The notes: generated from the sequence alone by a model not told the origin. A DNA stretch of 64,000 nt from Tubulanus polymorphus (GCF_964204645.1 NW_027437464.1:1-64000), one strand, 5' to 3'; positions 1-14,025 are shown, counted from the stretch's first letter. Program-made: numbers and translations.

Positions 1-715
1 GCCGCGGATGAAAAACCAGTCGAAAAAGCCACCATGGTTTATGGAATACATGTATGATAGATAATCAGGCTTAATAGATACTTTTAAAACTGAGAATTGG
101 ATATCCAAAAACAGGAGATCTTCTGGTGAAAGTATTTTTCAAACGTTCTATACGACATTAATGCTAAACGTGGGCTAAGTCTATTCTAAGCTAGGTCACA
201 AAGGAAACCATCACGCATCGTTATCGGACAATATTCACACACACAAAATTGCAATCTACAATCAAAAATCCATAAGTGATTAAAATTAAAGAAAAACATT
301 ACGGACAAGCCCATTGTAAACTACCCCAAATCCAAATATTGAAAATACGGTGTACGGATTTACTGTAGAAGTTTCAAAGAATTAAAACCGATCACGAAAT
401 CTTAGCTCATTACAGCAGCTTTCGTTTTTCCGATACGTTTCGACGACAATTTAGTTGATTTGGCTTACTGGGACCAAATTAATCATGCAGTGATATGTTA
501 TATAAGATACGGTCTATTCGATGATTTCGCAAAGGTTTGATAGACGGAAAATTCAGGACTAAAAATAAAACGTTTAAATGAGCTAACACCGACAACTGTT
601 GTGTGGTAGTTAGCAGTAAGAAAGCCTTCATAATATAGTTTACCGAGACATGTAATATAAGCAAAACAATACGACAATATAAATTAATTTAGAAATCGAA
701 AATCAAAAATCAAGG

Positions 716-1479
716 CTAGTAATAAGTGAGGGCAGCCACTATCCACGAACTATTGACTCCGTTTATTTTCTTTCCGTCAACGACACTGGCGCCGGGAACC
801 ACGAAAAGGACTTGTTTCAGTTCCTGCCGATCGTGAACGTCTAAATTTGATAACGAGTCATCATCGAGTACAATAGATCCTGATAATTTCCTGACCGGCC
901 TTCTACAACTAATTAATTGTTTTTTGGATACTGCGGCCACGTAAATTCCGTAATTTTCCCAATCAACGAGAACGACATCTCCGTCGACGACCTGGATATT
1001 CTTAGCTCCCTCGCCTGAAATATAACATACATAAACGGGTTTTAGTGTAGAACACATTCATTTATGTTTTCATTCTAGATGAATAAACAACCGCAGTCGA
1101 AACGCTCTGCGGACAAAACATTACGAGGTTTATCCCTAGTTTGTCAAAAGTTAGCAGTTAAAAGTGACTTCGAATCGGGATAAACCTGGATTTGTTGTTA
1201 TGTGTGCGCAGGACGCTTTCGTAGAATGAGCGTATTGTATCCAATGTATTCACTCTAGTGTTAACACGATGACATACCCGGTTTGACGAGAGGATTTTCA
1301 CCAACGTCTGGGCAAACGACGTTAATATCCAAGCCAGGAACAGCTAAAACGAGCGGGAAAATAGAAACGATTTTAATATCCTTATCTTAATTCTATCGAC
1401 TGATAAGTAGACATATTTTATAGCAACAATGTTACTTACTGTAGTTTGTCGATAACGTCTTATTTACGTCCTGCCCAAC
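716..1479 (-). CDS. Last three coding exons (1479-1440, 1343-1278, 1014-716) of an unidentified spliced gene
   Basis: Canonical pyrimidine-AG acceptors and GTAAGT/GTATGT donors with matching phase-1 junctions. They give one open frame VGQDVNKTLSTNY-TVPGLDINVVCPDVGENPLVKP-GEGAKNIQVVDGDVVLVDWENYGIY...WIVAALTYY*. Product not recognised. Confidence 0.65.
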
Positions 1480-2469
1480 CTGAATTGAAAAGACCAAGAA
1501 CACATTGCCAATGATCGGTTTTCACTAACACCACAACAACACGATTGAAACCCTTTGATGACGGAACTTTCATTATTTGAAATCGCTTACCTTCTGTCTT
1601 TTCGGTCACCGGTAAATTTCGCCAAAAATCTAAAAAAGGCACAAGCAAATTGAATGTGAAGACAGATTTAGTGGCATGATACCAATAAATGGCACTCAAA
1701 CTCAAACTCGCTCGTTGGGCTTTAATACTGGCCCTTTTCAAAGTTGGTGCCCTTTTTTCACTGTGCAGTAAGTCGTCACTGAATGCCCCTGGATCCAGGC
1801 CTGAAATGGACAGTCACAAAGATTTAAATCATCTTTCGCTTTTGGGACTAGATTTCTTTTAGTCACAGGAAACACAAATTATATATTGGTGGTATCTGAT
1901 GGATCCTGAACGTTTCTCAAATGAACAGCGCACGTTTTGAATTTCAGATAAACTGTTAAAACGGTTTAACTCACTTTGTCAATGCAAATATCTTTGTGGC
2001 CAAAATGAAACTCACTGACGTGTATTTTCAATATTGTTTGTCCACCCCCCGTCCTTCACGTCATGTTCGTTAAGGCCGAGCGAGCTTCGCCCTTCGTCAG
2101 TTTAACATTAACATTTTTATGAACCCCCTCCAGGAAAAGCCATGGATCCGCGCCTGTGTCTGTCTGTATAAACGCGGTCAGAGTATGCTTACGCCATTTG
2201 AATCCATGCATACAATGAGAAATATGAATATAACAATTGTAATAAAAGCTGCAAGATATTTATATACTTAGGTGAACTCCACAATTTTTAGATATCCGAA
2301 ACATTGCCCCCCAGTTCCAATCCTCACTGCCCAAGTCTATTGCCTAACCAATGTGACGATATTATCAGCAAGCCTAGGGTTGGCTGGATTTGAAAGAGCC
2401 CCCCCCCCCCCCACTCTCGTCAGCAAAAGTTCCACTCTGGACTCAATCTAAAATAAAACATGTCGGGAT

Positions 2470-2879
2470 CAGGGGTGGATCTAGGACTTTTGTAGGGGTG
2501 GAGTCCGGGAAAGTAAAAAGGAACCATATTAAATGTTACTGTAATGACGATGCAACACGCACAACGACATTACATAGACATCCGACCGTTAGGGGCTACT
2601 CGACTATAGAAACGTTTTGAAAATTTGAGAAGAATGTGGTAAGATTTCCACGAAGTTGAACAATGAAATCCATGATAATAATCGTAACATACACAACACC
2701 ACGACCACAATCACAATACCATCGTATATTCATCATTTTGCACTTCTGTTTGCGTTCTAATTCACCTTAATTTAAAAATGGTCACTTAGGATTTCTTGGA
2801 GTAGACGTTTGTAGGGACCTTCCAATTTATGGAGGGGGGATACGGACCCCTTCGGACCCCTCTCAATCCGCCCGGCCTG
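2470..2879. mobile_element. Degenerate MITE with CAGGGGYGGATC-type termini
   Basis: Left end caggggtggatctagg; right end aatccgcccggcctg. Related orphan ends occur near 1790, 2145, 7380 and 12061. No clear TSD. Confidence 0.4.
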
Positions 2880-3928
2880 AGGATCACCGCCATAAATCTT
2901 TATCATCGACAAGGCTGATTTTATTTCTTTAATCTTTAGTATAGTGCATCTCTCTGGTTATATTACGGTTGTTTTTTTGTGCGCAACTATATTCATAACT
3001 CTGAATAGTTAAGTAACTACGGGGAATCACAAAACCTATCTTCAGAGCATGGACATTCAAACATTCTCTGGAGTAGTCAAAACTGTTTCAAAAGTTTAGG
3101 ACAAAATTAATTCATTCAGATTTCATTTCATTCCGTCAATTATGCAACACTCCAACTTGATATAATCGAAAATATGAAATGAAGGAGACACGCGTCGTAG
3201 CCGTTGTTATGTAACTATAATCAATATTTTGGTCAGATTAAACACGTGGAAATTTAGAATCTAATACTGCCTTCGGGTCACTTGCACAACACTTGCTACA
3301 AAAACATAGCCACACTTGCTACAAAAACATAGCCATGCGCTCTCCTTATGTGCTTACTTCATCGGCCTTCAAGGTTTTGAGTTCTTTTCCATTGAATAAA
3401 TTAGCTTGAACTTAAACTAGTCGAGTTCAAAGACAGTCTTTTATAAAAAATAGATGCACACTATAAACCTATGGCATGTGGTCTATAGAAAAGTCGTTAT
3501 CTCCAGAAGGCGGACTCGACGAACGTAACCGGGTGTTTGAACATCTCCGAATCACCAAATCGCCGAATTCAGTTGAAATTCAGTAGGATACATTGATTAA
3601 TGCAATTTGTTAACATTTTTACCGCTATAGTGAAACAAACTTGTTACTAAATGCGTTTAAAAAGCACGTTGGGGAATTCATCGTTCACGGTTTAGAAATG
3701 TTATTCGTGTTACCTGTTAGGACTAATATTTCATACCCAATGTATAAATATAAGTGTGGCCATGCGACGGTCAATGCACAAAACTGTATCCAATATAAAG
3801 TCCAACGGGGCCTGGCGCGGATCTAGTTTTAGAATACGGATCATCTTTCTATCTAAATAGCAAATTTATATTTTGTATTTATTTATTTTAACCGGCTTCA
3901 AAACTAACATAAGCATTACTGTACATTT

Positions 3929-3932
<4 letters not shown>

Positions 3933-3984
<52 letters not shown>
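3933..3984. repeat. (TA)26 microsatellite, left boundary of giant unit copy 1
   Basis: Pure TA run read directly. Confidence 0.98.
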
Positions 3985-3985
<1 letters not shown>

Positions 3986-5504
3986 TTAAAAACGCCCACT
4001 TAACGGGACTTACATATGAGACCTGCAAATCGGGCCCTAGTAGAAGGGCATGTTTTTGAGCTACCAATGAAAGTCAAATCGGTATAAAACCACCTGAAGA
4101 GACGATGTATCACTTCAGTTAGTCGATGTATTGCTTTCCCTTTATGAAAATGACTTTTCCTTTCAGACCGATTTTTTGGGCCTGTCCCCGTAATCCCTTT
4201 GGGTCTTTAACCCTTTCACACCTAAAATTTTTTATTAAAAAAAAAATATTAAATTTCCGTTAAATCATCATCAAGCTAACCATAACACCCCCGGCAGCTA
4301 TCGAAATGAACAGATTACATATTCTATTGCAGTTTACAAAATTACTCGGCCAATTTAAAAGGAAAGATGGTATCATTATCTTAGCCTTAGAGATCCTTAG
4401 ACCAACGAAATGATTAATGATGAACTAGTTAATTTTGGGCTTGGGTAATCTAAATAAAATGCCGCTGACACATAATGCAAGATTGCTGAGAATTCACAAA
4501 TTGTTAGTAGAGGCTAAATTTGTCACGTAAGAAAATCATATCGTGACGTTGGCATACAATGGTGCGCGCCGATTGGCCGTTCCGTCACGCAAATGCTTTA
4601 AAGGTGCGGCCGGAACTGCATCCGAAAATCTGCATCCCAATTGTATCTCATTTTGGAGTTGTGTCATGCAGATATATGTAGCCTATATACTTTAGTGTTA
4701 CCCCTTTATCCTGATGCTGTTTCATTGTTTGAGGCCATATTTTATACGGAAATATTATTTTGCAATTAAATGGAGTGATAATTATTTAGATCGTAACTTT
4801 TCTGCTTTCTTTTTCTTCTATTTCGTTTTTCATTGGTCATCGTTCGTATCAAAGCTTGCTCAATTCGAATCGGTCTATCCCAGCTTGAAGCCAAAATAGA
4901 TGCTGGTTCAGACGGATTAATTTATTTTTTCACCCATTTTAAGAAAATTTGACTATATCGAACGTGCAGGTACCTGGATCCAGGAAATCTCTATTTTTGT
5001 GACGGTACCGAATTGGCTGCAACGTGATTCCATTGCAGTTTTGATTCATTCATCGCTGATTTTGTAATACAGTCTGGAACAATTCTAGAGGCCAAATGCT
5101 CACGGTACTAACAGTGCTCACAGTTGATACTTTTTACTGATTCAAGGGGACCACAGACTTGTCAGTTTAAAACCAGTAACCATGGGTAGTGTATAAACAT
5201 ATGATTAAACATTATTTTTTCCAACAAATTTACAAAATTTTACTGTGTGCAATGGAGAAATGCAACAATTATTGTGAGTACATTATTGCCTTTCATTTTT
5301 CGTTAAATTTTAACATCTGGATAAGTGCAAAAAGTGCAAATATTGAAGTAATGCTCTCTATGATTTGTTGATAGGATCATGTATCCGTAGTCGCGATAGC
5401 TTTAAATTAGATGAAAGTGGCAGAAATCCCTTAAAATAAGTGCAATATCATCAATATCAATATAATATCGATATCATCGAGCCAGATTCATCTTACGAAA
5501 ATGG

Positions 5505-5790
5505 TACACGTGTAATTGTAAATGAAAATACACGTGTAAAATTGGCCCAATTTTACACGTGTACTTTATCCAAATTACACGTGTACTTCATCCTAATTAC
5601 ACGTGTACTTCATCCAAATTACACGTGTACTTCATCCTAACTACACGTGTACTTCATCCTAATTACACGTGTACTTCATCCAAATTAAACGTGTACTTCA
5701 TCCTAACTACACGTGTAGTTCATCCTTATTACACGTGTATTTCATCCAATATTACACGTGTCTTACACGTGTACTTCATGCTAAACACAT
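5505..5790. repeat. 22-bp subterminal tandem repeat (tacacgtgtacttcatccaaat) of the EnSpm element
   Basis: About 12 units containing the palindrome TACACGTGTA. Mirror array at about 10645-10790. Copy 2 has one unit fewer. Confidence 0.9.
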
Positions 5791-6169
5791 GTGTCTTTGA
5801 TTGCCATTTTTTGTTGAATTCAAATCAAACCACCATGTGAGGAAATCTCCTTAATCTATGTGCTGTTTAGAATGAACACTCAAGAGATTCACATTTTCCA
5901 TACTAACTGATTTATTCATCTTCATAAATTTTATAAATTTTTGAGTAATTGCATGTCTTATGTTGGCCTCTTTTGCACCCTTCTCCTTTCGACATTGTTC
6001 TGAAATGATAACCATTTGAAAAAAATTAAGCAAAAGTATACAATGATTTCTTTACGAGGATAAATAAATCAACTTCAGCTGCTTGGGATGATGATTAAAT
6101 TATATAGCTTTTTCTAACAGTCTTCTGCATATAACAGCTTTTCACTCTTAATGACTTGATTTTAAGCCA

Positions 6170-7033
6170 TATGGTGAAATGCTTGACAATCTGGAAATTT
6201 CAATGTTCAACGCCACCTGATGAAAAACAAGGGGTCTAGGGACACCATGCCCGTACGGTTACGAATGCTAAACAATCAACATAATGAAATAGAAACAGGA
6301 CATTGAAACTCACCACAATCATAGAACATGTCACAAGCTACAATTTTACAATTGATCGATGTTATAATGTATTCATAGGTACCAAAATAAATTAGACAAA
6401 TTGTATATAATTCAATACTCAACTCCCCCTGGTGGTGAGAACAAAAACCTGGGTAACCCCAATTCCACATGAGGTGAATACTACAACAGTGGTAACAATT
6501 ATCACATATCAAGACTATAAGTCAAAACCTGTCGATATTTTCCTTCAAAAACCTTCTTTTATCTACGAATGAGAACTGATGACACCAAGATGGCTGCCAA
6601 ATGTGTCATGCTTGACTGATCGAAAAATCTGTCTCGTATGTTTTAGATTGTTAAGAAATGTATACCCATCTCAAATTTCAAAGAAAAATTGCAAACCATT
6701 AGGCAGCTACAAGGCAAAAATGACCTTTTTGGGTACAAAAAAGGTCACATGATGGCCATCTTGTGTCAAGATGGCCATCTTCATCTTCAAAATCTCCTTT
6801 GAAAACTTCAAAAAATTGCATAAGTGATGATTTTGGGGAACGAAAATGGCCAATGCAGTTGGCCATCTTGATTCGGACCAGTTTTGGGCTGAAGACATGT
6901 CTAGGATAGATATGTGTGTAACTTAAATATCAAGAGTATTAAAACTTCCCAAAATACTGGATTCCATCTACAGACGAACAAAGGGTGAATGCAATAGCCC
7001 GCTTGCTTGGACTTACGTCTCAAATGGGCTAAA
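6170..7033 (-). mobile_element. Diverged Helentron-associated (HINE/Pearl-like) copy inside the EnSpm element
   Basis: Same modules as the large array: gaaactcaccacaatcatagaacatgtc, aagatggc, and a terminal tagcccg...gggcta hairpin. Boundaries approximate. Confidence 0.6.
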
Positions 7034-7446
7034 GCTGGGGACACATAAGGCAATTTCGTCGAGCACTTAAGTTGTGCAACGAAATCGTCGGTAAAATCAC
7101 CTAGTTTGTCAGGGTCTGCGCCGACTGAATCGCCCGAATCCAACACGTCCTGCGACTGAATCACCCAACACATCAGGCCACGGTGATTGTTCGCCTTGAG
7201 CGCCATATTAAACGTTAAACCCTCCCCTTTTCTGACCAAGTGCCCTTTTGAATCACAGGTGAAAAATTCCACCCTATGATCAAAGTGCACAAACCCCATA
7301 GCCTACAACCGTTTCACACAGGGAGACCTGTATTGACTAGTGCCCTTTTCATAAGAGCTGAACCCTCGTTCTTCCAGCTTGGATCCGCCCCTGTAAAACA
7401 ACAACAAATGAATGCTAGCCATTATATATTGAATTCATGTACTTAC

Positions 7447-8050
7447 GTATTATTTAGCTGACCCGGTTTGGGTCCAACTTTTTTCCTCATGGAAGACTTT
7501 CATTGCGTCACATCCAGTCCAATGCCTTGACAATTAGTTCTTCTTTTAAATGAGTGGACAACAGCATGCATGCACCCAACAGTATTAGGTTTTCCGACTA
7601 ATCAGCGTATGGCAGCAGCTGTTGTATCATCCAATAGTGAGTAGGCATCCTAAAATGAGAAGAATTTACAATGCTTACGCTATAATCTTTACTAAAACCA
7701 TTCCGACGCTCATATAATATATAATGTAAATACCTGATTTTCATCACGCTGTCGTTGTTGAGAAATCAGTGGAGAATTGAAGGCTCTCTCGCGCTAACAT
7801 CGTTTTCCAACAATCCCCCAGTGGACACATTTTTAAGCCAAAAAAACGGGAATTCCAATTTTATAGTGTCTGTCCTTGGATCAATTCTTATTGGTGTAGA
7901 CCCTATAAAGTTTGAAAAAAAATGGTCAAGAATTGATTGCACTAACGTCGTTTTTGCCCCCAGTCGAAACTCCGACAGCGACCTAATTTCATGTCCAGCA
8001 TACAAGTTTAATGGCGATGATGGGCGCACAACAAAATCTAAATGACCCTG
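7447..8050 (-). pseudogene. Probable decayed exons of the divergent second (accessory) gene of the EnSpm element
   Basis: Splice-bounded segments (donor GTAAGT near 7446, acceptors near 7630 and 8050) with interrupted frames. Not identifiable by sequence. Confidence 0.35.
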
Positions 8051-9744
8051 CAGTTTTTAGATTGGATGCATAAACACCAAAGACACTCCGTTTTTATCCC
8101 TCACAATTGGAATGATCATTTACAATTTTTTCACTGGACATTCAATCATTTAAGGCCTACTAATACTATGCTAACTAATTCAAATTCAATTCAATACTAG
8201 GTCATGTTGCTTTTCATTCCAATAAACATATTCTTTTAGTGACCTATAAACCTTTACTTTACTACATAACAATAATCATACCTGAACAATCCACAACGCG
8301 TCCTTTATACGCGGGATAATAATAAATGGCCTTCGACTTTTTTGTTCTTCCACTTCCATTCTTCCAATCCATTCTAATGAATCTAATTCAATGATCCATT
8401 CAATGATCCATTCAATGATCCACTATGTGTTTGACCTCAAACAAAGAAACAGTGTCACTTTCGGCCCAGTTGTCAATGATCCCCTTTTATGGACTGATTG
8501 TCATCCATTATTGCGTTTTGCAATCATTATGAGAATAGAATAGATCGTGAAAACCTGTGAAAACGTGTTGCTTAACAATGGCAATATGGCTGCCACCGCG
8601 CAGGGGTGCTTGGGAGTTTAATTGAAATAAATTATTTAATTATTAATAAGTTTTATGTCTGCATTTTAGTTCAATTAGAATTAAAAAATAATCGTGTTAA
8701 GTGATATTTAATTAGCAAAAATTACTTATACTAAGGGTTATTATGAAGCTAAGGCAAAATCAATTAAGTAAATTGAAAATAACGATTCAGTGAAGAAATG
8801 ACGATCATTTTAATATACGCTGTATTATAAAAATAGACAAAAAGGTGCATGAATAAGGCCTCTAACTATTTAATTCAACATTTAGATGAGATTATTTTGT
8901 CTAGGTTGTTTTTCTGTTCATGAAAACCATTTATCTAGAGCTCGTCAGTTCGTCAGTGAGGTTTTCATTTTGGTAGTGTTCCAAAATGGAAGACAAGTAA
9001 CACAAAGATGCGCTTTTTAGTGGAAAATTACCCGTAAATATCGATATACACCAACCGAATTCGTCTTTTGCAAGCATGGAGTTTGAAAAAGAAAATTGCA
9101 AGTAAAAAGGCCAGTGAAAATACGCGAGTAGGCCTACATGTTAAACATTTGAAGGTAAGATCATTTTAAATGTAAGCAAATCAAATTGACTTTATTGGTC
9201 CTTATCAATATCAATAAACATGTATATTATTGGTTTGACAGTTCAATAAAGTTGACAGGACAAACAAGAGACATGGAGAATTATGCAATTGAATAGGTCA
9301 ATTGTTTAGTTTAATGTTAATGTTGTTAGTTAATCTTTTAATCCAGGTCCGATCTGGTATGTTATGCATGAGGTTTACTGTTCATCGCAACAATAGGCTA
9401 CAAAATCGCTAGCTGGAAATAAACCTACGTCGTATAGGCCTACTGTAGCCTTAAGTTCTATATGGGTTCTATTTGGGAATAATTTAATCTCAAATTACTT
9501 TTTGTTTTGTAGATGGTAATATGTTGCTAAATGATGGACATTTCGATTTTTCAAGAAGTGGATTTTGAGAATCTGGAAGATTTAAGAATTGAAAATGGCC
9601 ACAATCCACCAATAATGCAGACAATGGTTATGACAACGTAAGTTAGTAATACAGTGCCTTATGACTAAAAATGCAATCTTAATTGCCAATCTACTCATCC
9701 GATATGAACTTGACCAATCACAAAAATGTTTAATCTGTTTTGCA

Positions 9745-10130
9745 GCCACAGCTCATTGATGGAAATAGATGATCCTCTCCACACAAATGGTGAGGTGAAC
9801 CATCGTGGGGCTGTTACTACTATTATGGCGTTCTCCCTCAAAGCTGGATCCACATCAACTGTTTTGACTGGATTGTTGGATCAGTTGAATTTACTGTTAC
9901 TGAGAAGCGGTTCTACGCAGTTCTAATTACCCTATTTTCAAAAGATTTTCTCTATGTCCGGAGGTGAACAAATATTACTGCCCCGTATATAAGACATTAT
10001 TCAAAAAACTGCAGGTATGATACAAATGTTCATTATGTGTTATACAGTATGATAAGGCAACATTAGAGGAAAAAGGACATTTTTTTGTGTACATGCCCGT
10101 TAATGAACAACTGAAAAGACTCCTCGGCTA
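9745..10130 (+). pseudogene. N-terminal relic of an animal-type EnSpm transposase
   Basis: DPLHTNGEV...IMAFSLK...LTGLLDQLNLLL, then after a frameshift KYYCPVY...KCSLC...KGHFFVYMPVNEQLKRLL. Contains stops; the catalytic core is deleted. Confidence 0.75.
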
Positions 10131-12106
10131 AGAAGAGCTAGCTAGCAAAATTAATGAATGGGCCTACAAGGAAAGCAGAACACTTCGAGCTGGTGACAGC
10201 AATATATTCAACATTTTTCATAAATAACATTGTAATTCGGGGCTTGGGCAGTCCCCTAAGCCTCTAGTTATCTTGATAATAAATGAAAAATATCCAAAAT
10301 TTTTTGTTCAGATCATGATTTTTGTGAAACAGTTTTTGGATTTATTCAAGGGGCAACAAAGACATGTGCTTCATTCATACAGGATCCAATCTAGTCAATT
10401 CAGGACAAACAACGTGACTTTTTTGACACGGCATCCTGGAAAAAACTACTAAATGAGGATCAAATAATTAAAAAGACAGGAGATTCCTTCAATTTCTCAA
10501 ACATTACATGCACAATCTTACTTTTAATAAAATCATGTGAAGCTAAATGATGTAATTACAAATTTTATTGCAGATTACAAAAGTGACCAATTATGAGAAA
10601 CAAGGTACATGTATAATTTTTTAGCCTAGTACATGCATCCAGATTGCACGTGTATTTCAGAAGCCACATATGAATTTACACGTGTTTTTAAAATACACGT
10701 CATAAGTTACACGTGTATTTCAAAATACACGTCAAAAGTACACGTGTAATTTCATATTACACGTGTCTTTAGCTAAATACACGTGTACCATTTTCATAAG
10801 GGATCCTACCAGGCCTTCGTTATGCGACCGGTTGACGATTTTGTTATACAAATATGCTGTTTCATGTATTGTTCATTTTGATGAAAAAGGTATGGCTGAT
10901 TTATTAATGGATAGACAAATAAATGAATTTAGACTCGGATATTGCGAAATAAGTCGACGCTTTCGTAACAAATATATACTCCACACTAATCTGATACAGT
11001 ATTAGTGGGTCATGTTTTTATACGAAACTGATCCATAGGACCATTACACACACACACACATACACACACAGTCCCTCGAATATTGGGTTTTCAATGTGTT
11101 ATAGCCCATTGCATGCCATTCCACATGATAGATAGAACGACCATTTGAGACCTGGGACTCAAGCACCAGCAGAGAATTCGGGGCACGACAGTCCTTATTG
11201 GGTCTTGTATAAAACTTAAATAGCATACCGGTATATCGGGTACCCGGTATATGATTTCGAGACCAACAGAACGGTTCGTTTCCTTTGTAATAGTCATCTC
11301 CATACACCCCCGATACACAACCAGCCTCGCACCCTCCGATACACCACCGGCCTCGCAAACAGCCGACGCTTTTCAAAAATACCGAACGCGAACGCCTAGC
11401 TACTCGATCAGGGACGTGCCACCTACGACCGTAAAGCGACATGCCGCACCAATAATTGAATAACCCAAGACGCCATAATAAATGTTATTCTGCATTTAAG
11501 GGGGGGGGGGAGTATCAAATTAGTCCGAATTGCAAACAGCAGCATTTTGTTCTGAGGCACAAATACGGTGATATTTAAAGCAGTTGGGATTTTCTGTGTA
11601 CGGGCCACATGTAACAAAAGAACAAGTTTGAGTTTGGTCATATATGAGCTGTCCAATTTAAGTTGTTGTAAGCATAGCCCTTTGACAGTGAAATGCCACA
11701 ATAATAACCACTGAGATAGTCTTAGCTAAAGGATTGCTTAATAGATGTCGAATAAACACTATAATCCGTGTATACTGTAGATAAATGAAGAAATCCTACA
11801 CTTCAAATTTAAAATTATACGATCAAATTTATTACTATGAAACCACAGCCATCATCAGGTGGAATGACCAGAAAAACAAGTGTTTACGGTAGGCGGCCGC
11901 ACTGAACCAGGCAGGTTTTTTTCATGAAAGTTGCCCAGTAAACGGATTTAAACAAATCTAAATCTTCGATCCAATTGAACCATTTGTTTTCGATTTTGAT
12001 GAAGTTTTGACTCAATAGTATCAATCGTATACCCGGTACCTAAGATGCCATTTTCATTACCAGGCGGATCTAGGAAATTTGGAAGAAAAGAAAATGTATT
12101 TTTTTA

Positions 12107-12217
12107 AAAATTAGCTCTTATGGCCTCTAGAAAATTGGTCAAAGTGGTCAAAATTAGCTCTTATGGCCTCTAGAAAATTGGTCAAAGTGGTCAAAATTAG
12201 CTCTTATGGCCTCTAGA
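12107..12217. repeat. 43-bp tandem repeat, about 2.5 copies
   Basis: ttagctcttatggcctctagaa starts at 12111, 12154 and 12197. Confidence 0.9.
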
Positions 12218-12942
12218 ATTCATCTAAGATGTGAATATTTAATCACGAATCCCCGATGTCGGCTGTGTATCCTGATATTACTGTACGGTACATAATTTTA
12301 TATATATTCATATGGTAGACTTTACTTACCTATTGGGACCTATATGGTTTCATACTAAAAATTATATATTCCATAGATTTAACAGACTTATTGGGTGCCT
12401 CAAACTGCGGAAACATTATGTACAGGTCTATTGGGTCATCACCTTATGAGTCCCAAGTTTGAACTGCTTATTCAAATTAGTAAATTAAACATTATTTCGA
12501 GTCAAAGTTTAATTGTATTGACGACCCAGAAGTGGTTCTAATCTCTTAAGAATTACAGAGATGGAGCTGTCGTCATAATGACGATCACCTAATCGGATTT
12601 TACAATCTTAAAATTTCGTCTTGTACGTTTTCTGTAGCGCAGGTGATCAAGTCTTAGGATCAACTTCATTGTAACAAATGATTTCAAATATCAGAAGCCC
12701 AATGCGTTTAATGATTCAATTAAATGGTATCGTGCTGTTGGATGAAAGTGGGGGTAAATCATTGTATTGTGATCTTATTCGTTTTGAATTGGTCATTGGT
12801 GGTCAATGGTCAATTTATGAATCTTCAATGGCGAATCTTTTCTAGTTTCACACCAAACGCGGTATATCGTTCTCATGTTCGTGAAATTGTAATTCGTCAG
12901 TAGTGGTCAGTGTTGGTCAGCTTATGAATTTGCAATGATGAA

Positions 12943-13720
12943 TACTTGGTAGTTTGTAAACAAACATGGCTTGAGAAATTTCCGATATTCGAAGTCTGAA
13001 TCGTTCAGACTCGGGGATCATATCTCAATTGGTCAGTTTCTGACCATCTCGGTGTCAGCATTGTGGTCGATAGCTTATATGAAACATTTGTAGATAACCA
13101 ACGAAGGGGCCCAAAAGCACAAGCCAATTTCCAGTGATGTGATCCAAAAGATGCCCTACTGAAAAAAGTAGTCTCTCAATTGTACGAAACCAAATCGCAC
13201 AGGAAAATTAATTTAGAAATTGTCGACTAGTAGCCACAGGCACTGGTTTTTTCTACGTAGTCTCTCATTTCATATCATAAGATTTCCCCCGTTTCAAACT
13301 GTTGAGTTTATGAGATAATATTAAACAGACATATTGGGGCCCTCAGTAATAACTAATATATTTCTTTTGATATTTGTACCTATCTGTTGGGTCCATCAAA
13401 CAGTTGGTTTTCTGTAGTAACTAATATATATCACATGATACATGATTGTACTATCTATTGGGTCAAATATGGTCTTATATCAAACTTATACATTCCGATA
13501 CCCATATGGGAGACTTTAATAGACCATTCTAAGTAGTTTCCTGTGAAATAATTTTATTTTCTGTTTTCACGGTACTGCATTGGCATAATCCAAGAGAATG
13601 GAAGGGATGTATGGATTCATGTAATATGGCAGATTCAAGTGCCGCTGCATATCCACATGGAAACGTTTGGCAATGTGAGGAAGTTCCTGCACTGTTCCTT
13701 CCTTTGAATTCACCAAATTA
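12943..13720 (+). pseudogene. Relic of a Ulp1/C48-like protease followed by a PHD-like exon
   Basis: One frame from 12943 reads V*IVQTRGSYLNWSVSDHLGVSIVVDSLY...LLKKVVSQLY...INLEIVD**PQ, then FPPF. From about 13572 it reads YCIGIIQENGRDVWI, with frameshifted Cys motifs. Resembles transposon-borne protease+PHD genes by eye only. Confidence 0.45.
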
Positions 13721-13840
13721 CTAAATCAACTCAGCATAGTCAATATACATGTAGTTTATCCTTCAAAATCGAAGAGTGCTTGCGCATACACGTAGGCCTT
13801 AATCCTAATTCCACTATGTCTTGTATTATCGAAACCTATA

Positions 13841-13889
13841 TCAACCCCATCTGACAAAGTTTAAATCAAACTTTGTCAGAAGGGGTTGA
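13841..13889. other. Hairpin with 22-bp arms (1 mismatch) and a 5-nt loop
   Basis: tcaaccccatctgacaaagttt-aaatc-aaactttgtcagaaggggttga. Outer pairing gaaacctat/ataggtttc. Confidence 0.9.
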
Positions 13890-14025
13890 GAATTGAATAG
13901 GTTTCAATTGTTATCATTGGCTAATCGGGATCAGTTCAATTTTGATCTCATGTTTGTCTATACATCAATAATTAGGAATTATCCAAGTTTAGCGCAGTCT
14001 AATGTGTATACGGTTCCTAGAAAAA

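Larger units (their letters stand above)
5490..10802 (+). mobile_element. Internally deleted EnSpm/CACTA (CMC) DNA transposon nested in copy 1
   Basis: TIRs atcttacgaaaatggtacacgtgt and acacgtgtaccattttcataaggg. Subterminal TACACGTGTA arrays at both ends. Transposase N-terminal relic inside. Confidence 0.85.

Noticed and set aside
4207-4225. piggyBac-like start TTAA-CCCTTTCACACC
   Set aside because: No matching right terminus or transposase found.
5900-6033. BEN-like C-terminal fragment (IISEQCRKEK...NIRHAITQK)
   Set aside because: Too short and degenerate to call without a profile search.
11044-11463. Overlapping 70-140 aa ORFs
   Set aside because: No recognisable domain; one runs into a CA microsatellite and its length differs between copies.
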